From positions 864,001-928,000 of the forward strand of contig CAVSHR010000004.1 in the NCBI GenBank assembly GCA_963727625.1: DNA of 64,000 nucleotides, written 5' to 3'. Position 1 is the first letter of the stretch. Each line of letters starts with the position of its first letter. Shown here piece after piece: positions 57,105 to 64,000 of this stretch. Source of the DNA: an uncultured delta proteobacterium (GTDB taxonomy: Bacteria > Desulfobacterota > Binatia > UBA9968). The position numbers were made by a program, and so were the translations under genes. The notes under the pieces were generated by a model. The model saw only the letters and a list, made by a program, of their open reading frames with translations. It was not told where the DNA came from and searched no databases.

Positions 57105-58016
57105 CTAGGCCTGTTTGAGAAACTCTCTGAAGGCTTGCGCGATCGGATGGAGCGGCCGGCGGCGATGATAGACTTCGTAAAATCCCCGTTCCATCTTCAA
57201 GCCGCGAATCGGCACTTCAACGATGCTACCCTCGGCCAGCTCGCGGCGAATGGATATGCGCGACAGAATGGAGATGCCGAAGCCGCCCATCAACGACTCC
57301 TTGACTGCTTCCGTGCTGCCCAGCTCCATCGAAATATGCAGCAACTCGGCTCGCGAGCGCCGCCCCTTGGCAAGCAGCTGATTGATCGAATCAAGGGTTC
57401 CCGAGCCATGCTCCCGCGAAATGAAGTTCTCGCTGTGTAAATCGGCGACCTCGACGAACTCCCGCAGGCACCAGTGATGGCCATGGGGAACCGCGAGTAC
57501 CATCTCATCGTCCCAAATTTTTTTGAAACAGAGTCTTTCATCGCTGCCTTTGAAACCGACAAAGCCAAGCTCGACCTTGCCCTCGAAAACGTCTTCGATG
57601 ATGCCGGACGAATCGCCGATGCGCAGTATCGGTTTCACCGCGGGATATTTTTTCGTGAACGCGCCGAGCTTTTGCGGCAACAGATACTCGCCGGGAATGT
57701 TGCTGCCGCCGATCCAAAGTTCGCCGCTGAGCGTGCCATGAAATTGCTCAACGGCGGCCATGGCTTCGCGTTTGAAGGCAAGCAGGGTTTTAGCCCGTTC
57801 CGCCAAGAGCTGCCCCAACGGAGTCAGGCTGATCCGGCCATGCAGTCGATAAAGCAGCTGGCCGCCGACGGCTTCTTCCAATTCCTGCACATGGGCGCTG
57901 ACCGTGGGCTGGCGCAAATCGAGCAGCTCGGCGGCCTGAGAAAAGCTCCGCATTTCAGCGACCCAGTAGAATATTTCTAGCTTGTGAAGATCTAAATCTG
58001 TTTTGAGCTTGGCCAT
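57105..58016 (-). CDS. LysR regulator, CysL-like / selenium-metabolism-associated type
   Basis: SFSQAA..QPTVSAHVQELE HTH; GGSNIPGEYLLP, FISREHGSGT and ELGSTEAVK motifs. Confidence 0.88.
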   Translation of the reverse strand: MAKLKTDLDLHKLEIFYWVAEMRSFSQAAELLDLRQPTVSAHVQELEEAVGGQLLYRLHGRISLTPLGQLLAERAKTLLAFKREAMAAVEQFHGTLSGELWIGGSNIPGEYLLPQKLGAFTKKYPAVKPILRIGDSSGIIEDVFEGKVELGFVGFKGSDERLCFKKIWDDEMVLAVPHGHHWCLREFVEVADLHSENFISREHGSGTLDSINQLLAKGRRSRAELLHISMELGSTEAVKESLMGGFGISILSRISIRRELAEGSIVEVPIRGLKMERGFYEVYHRRRPLHPIAQAFREFLKQA

Positions 58017-58124
58017 CGAGATTGGCGCGCGGCGCGGTTTTAATCGAGGAATCGGTCTGCAACAAGAAACCGGGGAGCATGGCACGCACTGAACGCGCCA
58101 TGCTCCGCGGCGACAGCGTTGCCG

Positions 58125-58592
58125 CTACTTGGTTAAAAACTCCAGAACCTCGGCTGGATGCGCGCCGGCATCGGTGACTGGAATCCAATGCTTCTTAATC
58201 GTGCCGTCGGGACCGATCAAGGCCGTCGAGCGAATCGTCCCGTCAGAGACTTCGCCCTGGGCATTCTTGCGCGGCCCCCAGGCTCCGTAGACTTTCATCG
58301 TGTCCTTTTGCTGGTCAGCCAAGAGCACAAACGGAAGGTTAAACTTGCTGATGAATTGATTGTGCGAATCGATGCCATCCGGGCTGACACCCACCACCAC
58401 GGTATTCGCTTTAGTCACGGTATCGATAGCGTCGCGGAACCCGCACGCTTCCTTGGTTCAGCCCGGAGTATCGTCTTTAGGATAAAACCAAAGAATCACA
58501 TTTTTGCCGGCGTAGTCGGCCAGCGAGTGTTGCTTTCCGTCGCTTCCCGCTAGTGTGAACGCCGGCGCTTTTTGTCCTTCAAGTCCTGCCAT
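58125..58592 (-). CDS. bcp: Selenocysteine-containing BCP peroxiredoxin (155 aa; TGA at 58458-58460 read as Sec)
   Basis: GGAGG RBS; [22 protein letters not shown] continues in frame and aligns along its full length with the Cys paralog at 54730-55200. Confidence 0.9.
58428..58449 (-). promoter_or_regulatory. Bacterial SECIS-like hairpin
   Basis: AGCGU-GCGG-GUU-CCGC-G-ACGCU follows an 8-nt spacer after the UGA; the apical loop starts with G at +18. Confidence 0.75.
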
Positions 58593-58713
58593 TTGCCACC
58601 TCCGTGTATAATTAGATGTCTGGTTTCTATCACACCGAGAAAGTATCAATCAAACATCGAGTAACCAAGAGGCGCATTGTCATCAGCGCCGGTTGCAGCT
58701 ATATTTCCCGAGA

Positions 58714-59796
58714 ATGGCAAAGCAATCGTTACTGACGGAATCGCATCGGCGATCCGGCGCGATCCTGGTCGAAAAGGATGGCTGGCTGTTGCCGGATCAC
58801 TTTGGCGACCCTAGCGCCGAATACGAATCCGTTCGCAGCGCGGCTGGCATATTCGATTTCTCACATCGCGCGCTGCTTCAATTCACGGGGGCGGATCGCG
58901 TGTCCTTTCTCCAGGGCATGTTGTCGAACGACCTCAGGCCGCTGAAAATGTTCGGCGGCCAGCTGGCCGCCGTCTTAACCCAGCAGGGCAAAGTCATCGC
59001 CGACGTCCGTGTGCTGTGCGCCTTGAATTCGCTCTATTTGGACTTCTGGGAGCCGCTCAAAGAGAAAATTACCGCGCATCTCAATCGCTACCTGGTCGCC
59101 GACGAAGTGGAGATCAACGATCCGAACGACCAGTGGAAAATGATTTCTCTGCAAGGACCGCAAGCCCGGAAAATGCTCGACCAGCTCTTGGCCCCTGCGG
59201 ATTTGCCCACCCAGCCTAATCAACATGCGATGGTCCAGTTCGATGGCGCGCCGATCTGCGTCGTGCGCGCCGATCACAGCGGCGAAGGTGGCTTTGACTT
59301 GATTTTGCAGAATGGCCAATTGGACGCTTTCGCTCGGCGGCTCAAGCAACGCGGCGCCTCGTGGGTGGGGGGGCGCGCGCAGAACATTTTGCGCATCGAA
59401 GCCGGTATCCCGCTTTACGGCAGCGACTTCAATGAGGAGAACTTGCTGCTGGAAGTCGGGCTTGAAAATTCCTATAGCTATACCAAAGGCTGTTATCTCG
59501 GCCAGGAAGTCGTCGAGCGCATTCGCTCGCGCGGCCATGTCAACAAAAAACTCTGCGGTCTATTGATCGACGGGGACAAAGCCGCCACACCCGGTGATAA
59601 AATCACGGTAGAACAAAAAGAAATCGGCGTAATCACCAGCTCGGTTGTCTCACCCAGGCTGAATCGTCCCGTGGCGCTGGGCTATATCGGCAAGGAACAT
59701 TGGACCCCGGGGACGGAAGTGTCAATCGAACGCGACGGCGTACCCTGTCACGCGAGCGTGACGGCCTTGCCGTTTCAAAGTTCCAGCTCCTCTTGA
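58714..59796 (+). CDS. GcvT/YgfZ-family folate-binding protein
   Basis: FDFSHR, GADRVSFLQG, LRIEAG and KGCYLGQE motifs. Confidence 0.9.
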   Translation: MAKQSLLTESHRRSGAILVEKDGWLLPDHFGDPSAEYESVRSAAGIFDFSHRALLQFTGADRVSFLQGMLSNDLRPLKMFGGQLAAVLTQQGKVIADVRVLCALNSLYLDFWEPLKEKITAHLNRYLVADEVEINDPNDQWKMISLQGPQARKMLDQLLAPADLPTQPNQHAMVQFDGAPICVVRADHSGEGGFDLILQNGQLDAFARRLKQRGASWVGGRAQNILRIEAGIPLYGSDFNEENLLLEVGLENSYSYTKGCYLGQEVVERIRSRGHVNKKLCGLLIDGDKAATPGDKITVEQKEIGVITSSVVSPRLNRPVALGYIGKEHWTPGTEVSIERDGVPCHASVTALPFQSSSSS

Positions 59797-59857
59797 ATCC
59801 TGACTTCAAGTTCGTATAGTAAGCGGAATTTTCGCGCTGACAGAAAGGAAGCTTGAA

Positions 59858-60166
59858 ATGGGTCATTTCGTCAAAGTTTGTAACGCCGCCGAAGTCAAGT
59901 CGGGTTGCGGCAAAAGTCTCGATATCGAGGGTAAAGCCATCGGCATATTCAATGTTGACGGCAAGTTCTACGCCATTAACGACGTGTGCGGCCACCGCGG
60001 CGGGCCGTTGGGCGAAGGCGAATTGGACGGCACGACGGTCATCTGCCCCTGGCATGGCTGGCGCTACAACGTCACCACCGGGGAGAACGAATTACTGCCC
60101 AACCTGCCGACGGAAAAATACGAAGTGAAGCTCGAAGGCGACGACGTTCTGGTCGATCTACCGTAA
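59858..60166 (+). CDS. Rieske [2Fe-2S] ferredoxin
   Basis: CGHRGGPL...CPWHGW motifs. Confidence 0.93.
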   Translation: MGHFVKVCNAAEVKSGCGKSLDIEGKAIGIFNVDGKFYAINDVCGHRGGPLGEGELDGTTVICPWHGWRYNVTTGENELLPNLPTEKYEVKLEGDDVLVDLP

Positions 60167-60189
60167 TCTCCCAAATCGCGACTATCCAG

Positions 60190-60224
60190 AGGCCCAGGGT
60201 CCGCCGGGATCATGGGCCTTTTTT
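60190..60224 (+). terminator. Probable intrinsic terminator
   Basis: AGGCCCA...TGGGCCT stem followed by a T-run, between convergent genes. Confidence 0.6.
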
Positions 60225-60229
60225 GCGCT

Positions 60230-60781
60230 CTAGGCTTTCAAGAACTCATTGATGTAATCGTGCAGCGCCTCTTTGGTACTGTCAAAACCGAGTTCTTGCC
60301 AAGGTACTTCCTTCGGAGAGAAAATCGCGGCATCGGTTGATTCATCGGCGGCCGTCAATTCGCCGCCGATTACTTCTGCCGTGTAAACTACGATGACGTT
60401 GGGTGATCGGGGATAGGAATAAACGTTTAGCAATGGCCCCAGTTTCACGTCGAGCTGCGATTCCTCTTTAGTCTCGCGCACCGCGGCGTCCTGCACGCTC
60501 TCGCCGCGATCGACATAGCCGCCGGGGAAAACCCATTTGCCGAGGGCCGGCTCGACGCCACGTTTGAGCAGGACGATCCCGCCATCGAGAGTGAAAACCG
60601 TACCGGCGACAACTTTAGGATCTTGATAAAAGATGAAGGCGCAAACTTGACATACCAAACGTCTCGGCTCGTTAAGCTTAATCACGCGTAAGTCCAAACC
60701 GCCGCCGCAGCGCGGGCAAAAACGGTATTCCACATGACCGTGAGCGTGCTCCTTGTGGTGTTGATGATGGTCTGATGGCAT
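60230..60781 (-). CDS. NUDIX hydrolase with N-terminal zinc ribbon and His-rich leader
   Basis: FCPRCG..CQVC; PGGYVDRGESVQDAAVRETKEE. Confidence 0.9.
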   Translation of the reverse strand: MPSDHHQHHKEHAHGHVEYRFCPRCGGGLDLRVIKLNEPRRLVCQVCAFIFYQDPKVVAGTVFTLDGGIVLLKRGVEPALGKWVFPGGYVDRGESVQDAAVRETKEESQLDVKLGPLLNVYSYPRSPNVIVVYTAEVIGGELTAADESTDAAIFSPKEVPWQELGFDSTKEALHDYINEFLKA

Positions 60782-60840
60782 ACTTTCCCTACTAGCGCAT
60801 ATTCGTTTGAAATAAAAGGAGTTTTCTGTAAACCTGTTTT

Positions 60841-61512
60841 ATGCTTCGCGCGGTTATTTTTGACTTCAACGGCATCATCGTCGACGACGAGCCGATTCAT
60901 TTCAAGCTGTTCCAAAGAGTGTTCGGCGAGGAGGGAATCCCACTCGCCGAAGACGCCTATTACGCCCGTTACCTCGGCTTCGACGACCGCGGCGTTTTCA
61001 GCTTCGGCTATCGCGAGCACCATCACCCATTGAGCGACGAGAAGCTCGCCCAACTCATCGAACGCAAGGCGGTTTACTACCAGGAGGCGATCCGTAATCA
61101 CGTCGCCATATTTCCCGGAGTCAAACCGCTGGTCGCGAAGCTCGCCGCCAGCCTGCCCCTGGCTGTCGCCTCCGGCGCGCTGCGCCACGAAATCGAAACC
61201 ATACTGACTACCGCCGGATTGATCGGCTATTTCGAAGCGATCGTCGGCGCCGAAGATGTCGAACGGGGTAAACCGGAACCGGATATCTTTCTAAAAGCGC
61301 TGGCGGCGCTGAATTCGCAAAGCGCCAAACCGATCCAAGCGAACGAATGCGTGGTCATCGAAGATTCCAAGGAAGGCGTGCGCGGCGCGCGCCGCGCCGG
61401 CATGAAATGCTTGGCGGTAACCAATTCCCACGGCGCGGATTTGCTCCACGAAGCCAACGCCGTGGTCGGCAGTCTGGAAGAAGTCGAGCTCGCTTTCTTG
61501 CAGACACTTTGA
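60841..61512 (+). CDS. HAD-family phosphatase (beta-PGM/CbbY-like)
   Basis: IFDFNG, VASG, GKPEPD and VIEDS motifs. Confidence 0.9.
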   Translation: MLRAVIFDFNGIIVDDEPIHFKLFQRVFGEEGIPLAEDAYYARYLGFDDRGVFSFGYREHHHPLSDEKLAQLIERKAVYYQEAIRNHVAIFPGVKPLVAKLAASLPLAVASGALRHEIETILTTAGLIGYFEAIVGAEDVERGKPEPDIFLKALAALNSQSAKPIQANECVVIEDSKEGVRGARRAGMKCLAVTNSHGADLLHEANAVVGSLEEVELAFLQTL

Positions 61513-61514
61513 CT

Positions 61515-61955
61515 CTACAAGAGTTTCCTCGACTGCACAGGCACCGACTCGGATCGAATCCCCAGACCGGCAAATACCTCGATGATTCGTTCGGCCTTTT
61601 GGCTTTTGATCGTGATCAATTCACCCACCTGATCGACATGGCGGTGAAGCCAAGCCTCCTTGGAGTTTTGAAAGTCTTTCAATTCTACTTTGTCGATGTC
61701 CCGGTAAGCTATCAGATCCTGTGAAAATAGCCCGAGAACCATGAATTCCGGGTACAAAGACACTCGCCACAAGAACATGTTTCGCCCCACCGAACTCCGC
61801 GAGCCGGAGTCCCGATGGACGGCACACCATTCCTCAAACAGCGGTGTCAGATTCTTTTCCTCAGCGCGCTTTATCCGCGACAAGAAAGCTGGTGAAACCA
61901 AAACCAATACGATCAAAATTAAGAACAGAAATAGGAAGGCGAACGTTATATCCAT
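61515..61955 (-). CDS. Hypothetical membrane-anchored protein
   Basis: GGAGG RBS; N-terminal TM helix. Confidence 0.6.
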   Translation of the reverse strand: MDITFAFLFLFLILIVLVLVSPAFLSRIKRAEEKNLTPLFEEWCAVHRDSGSRSSVGRNMFLWRVSLYPEFMVLGLFSQDLIAYRDIDKVELKDFQNSKEAWLHRHVDQVGELITIKSQKAERIIEVFAGLGIRSESVPVQSRKLL

Positions 61956-61999
61956 GACGGCATCCTCCGCTGGTGCCCAAGTGGCGTCGCAGCCCCGGG

Positions 62000-62716
62000 T
62001 TATCGGTATGGTGATTTCTGCGGCCGAACGGTAATTTCAACCGGACAGCTCGTCACCGGCGCATTGAGTATATAGAGAACCCCTTGCGCCACGTCGTCGG
62101 CCTGGATCATTTTGCTGCGATCCAAATGTTTAACCGGCGGAATCATCGGCGTATCAACAAAGCCGGGGAGAAGGACGCTGACCTTGATGCCGTATTCCCG
62201 AACTTCCTCGTAAAGCGACTGGGTGAAACCGATGAGACCGAACTTCGAAGCCGAATAGGCGGCGCCGTTAGCTTCACCGCTCTTGCCGGATACGGAACCG
62301 ATGTTGATCACAGCGCCCTCGCCCTTCTCGATCATCGCCGGCAAATAGCGCTGCGCAAGGATCATCGGCGCGCGTAGATTGAGACGAAAAGTCTGATCCC
62401 AGTCCTCGATCTTGGCTTTGATTACCGGCGCCCGTTTACCCCAGCCCGCATTGTTGATCAGGATACCGACACCGCCAAAGGCGCGCAGACTTTCGCGAAC
62501 AAGAATTTCAATCGCGGCATCTTCGGTGAGATCGGCGGCAATGATTGTCGCAGTGCCGCCCTCTCGATGAATTTCCCGTTCGACCGCTTCGAGCTGTGCT
62601 ATCGTGCGGCTCGATAATATGACGCGGCAACCGGATCGCGCTAGCGAGAGCGCGACGGCTCTGCCGATCCCCCGTCCGGCCCCGGTCACCAGCGCGACTT
62701 TGCCGTCGAGTTTCAT
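62000..62716 (-). CDS. Short-chain dehydrogenase/reductase
   Basis: TGAGRGIG, NNAG and YSASK motifs. Confidence 0.95.
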   Translation of the reverse strand: MKLDGKVALVTGAGRGIGRAVALSLARSGCRVILSSRTIAQLEAVEREIHREGGTATIIAADLTEDAAIEILVRESLRAFGGVGILINNAGWGKRAPVIKAKIEDWDQTFRLNLRAPMILAQRYLPAMIEKGEGAVINIGSVSGKSGEANGAAYSASKFGLIGFTQSLYEEVREYGIKVSVLLPGFVDTPMIPPVKHLDRSKMIQADDVAQGVLYILNAPVTSCPVEITVRPQKSPYR

Positions 62717-62741
62717 AAATACTCAAACCGAGCGACGTCAA

Positions 62742-63164
62742 TCAGTGTACCGTGGGCGTGTCGTCTTGGGGTGACGCTTGCGCCACTGAGGACCCGTGAT
62801 GGTGAATCATGCGCCAGCCCTCGGCACTTTTGCGGAATATATTAGTGGTAAGAATGGTCGCGGCGACCTTTTGGCCTTCGATCGCACTATTTAGGTTTTC
62901 GTAAAGCGTCACCCAAGCCAGCTCGCCGCACACTTCGATCGCAACGTCGGTCAACATAAAACGAATCGCCGGCGTGTTCTCGAAGATTCGTCGCCAGCTC
63001 TCCATCACCGGCTTCCGGCCGCGCTGGATTCGCCAGCCGGGATGGCCGCATTGAATCTCGGCGTCCCTGGCCCAAACCGCCTCCATCCGCTGCATATCGA
63101 GGGATTCAAAGGCGCGGTAGAAGCTTTCGTTGACCTCGGCGACCGCTTTTTCTTCTTGGCTCAT
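62742..63164 (-). CDS. SnoaL/NTF2-like protein
   Basis: NESFYRAF, HPGW and TNIF..WRMIHHHGS motifs. Confidence 0.9.
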   Translation of the reverse strand: MSQEEKAVAEVNESFYRAFESLDMQRMEAVWARDAEIQCGHPGWRIQRGRKPVMESWRRIFENTPAIRFMLTDVAIEVCGELAWVTLYENLNSAIEGQKVAATILTTNIFRKSAEGWRMIHHHGSSVAQASPQDDTPTVH

Positions 63165-63171
63165 CAGCGAT

Positions 63172-63498
63172 TTAATGATGCGGCTTGGGAGTCACGAATA
63201 CTAGGGTCACTAGTTTCTGATGGCTGCGATTAGCCACTCCATGATTCTGTCCCGCCGGCGCCAGGGCGATCTCACCGGGGCCCAACTCGCGCTCTTCATC
63301 GCCGACTTTAAACACGCCTCGTCCTTCGAGCACGCAATAAACTTTGTCCTGACCGGCGTGAGTATGCGGACTCTGCTCCTGGCCTGGCTCGAAACAATAG
63401 GTGTCGCAAAAAAACCTGTCGGTCTCAAAGATGCCGTTTTTCTTCATCTTCTCAGGAGAAAACTGCATCGCGTCTGAAAGTTTTTTGAAGTTGCTCAT
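63172..63498 (-). CDS. Small cupin protein
   Basis: PGQEQSPHTH..VLEG..HGVAN. Confidence 0.88.
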   Translation of the reverse strand: MSNFKKLSDAMQFSPEKMKKNGIFETDRFFCDTYCFEPGQEQSPHTHAGQDKVYCVLEGRGVFKVGDEERELGPGEIALAPAGQNHGVANRSHQKLVTLVFVTPKPHH

Positions 63499-63584
63499 GA
63501 CCGCTCCTGTTTGGTCGATTTCGAGCGATACTACCATAGGGGTCGTTACATGCAAAACCACTGTGAATCTGTTATCTGTGGCCC

Positions 63585-64000
63585 ATGGATTCAGTGCTTA
63601 TTCGTTACCATGAAATCGCCCTCAAGAAAGGCAACCGGGCCTATTTCACAGAGCTGCTCAAGAGAAATCTTCTCGCCGCGGTCAAGGACTTGGGCGCGAA
63701 GGAAATTCGCAGCCTACCGGCGCGCCTGTTGCTCACTTTCAAAAACGACGTAGCCCAGGCCACGCTCACTGAGCGCATGGGCTCGGTGTTCGGCGTGGCG
63801 AATTTCTCCATCGTCGAACGAACCGCACGAGAAATCGACGTGCTGCGCAGTCGCATCTTAGATTCGTTGAACGGCCACCGCTTCGAATCTTTTCGCATCG
63901 AAACCCAACGAGGCGACAAGACCTTTCCCCTGACCTCCCCAGAGATCAATCGTCAGCTCGGCGCTGCGGTCAAGGCCAAATCCGGCGCCAAGGTCGATCT
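63585..64000 (+). CDS. thiI: tRNA 4-thiouridine synthase ThiI, N-terminal part (runs off the window)
   Basis: MDSVLIRYHEIALKKGNRAYF..FGVANFS..SFRIETQRGDKTFPLTSPEINRQLG (THUMP region). Absent from the ORF track because it has no stop in the window. Confidence 0.9.
   Translation, partial: MDSVLIRYHEIALKKGNRAYFTELLKRNLLAAVKDLGAKEIRSLPARLLLTFKNDVAQATLTERMGSVFGVANFSIVERTAREIDVLRSRILDSLNGHRFESFRIETQRGDKTFPLTSPEINRQLGAAVKAKSGAKVD

Overview
GC-rich bacterial chromosome segment. Its gene style (many UbiD, bicupin, solute-binding-protein and molybdenum-hydroxylase paralogs) resembles Candidatus Binatia / uncultured 'Deltaproteobacteria'; this is inference only. Housekeeping anchors are ppiB, pgsA-tRNA-Gly(GCC), an SLT, a NUDIX, tRNA-Arg(TCG), cysS and a partial thiI. 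Between them lie catabolic blocks: four divergent UbiD decarboxylases (no UbiX in the window), three gentisate-dioxygenase-like bicupins, intact and decayed solute-binding proteins, a DapA-like/heme-oxygenase-like-diiron/UbiD operon, a CoA-transferase and two CoxSLM-type molybdenum hydroxylases. An AT-richer islet (about 41-45.7 kb) carries a candidate TPR-HEPN nuclease, an orphan Xre antitoxin and a Phd-VapC pair. The strongest candidate for an undescribed system is a selenium locus at 51.2-58.6 kb. It has a peroxiredoxin (BCP) with an in-frame TGA at the peroxidatic Cys plus a SECIS-like hairpin, and a Cys paralog of it. It also has a CysL/selenium-type LysR, a putative selenate-type ABC transporter, and an EgtB/OvoA-family non-heme iron sulfoxide/selenoxide synthase that is frameshifted in this sequence. 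The synthase and the transporter share a conserved ATAG-N7-CTAT LysR-type operator. All family calls come from motif recognition; no searches were run.
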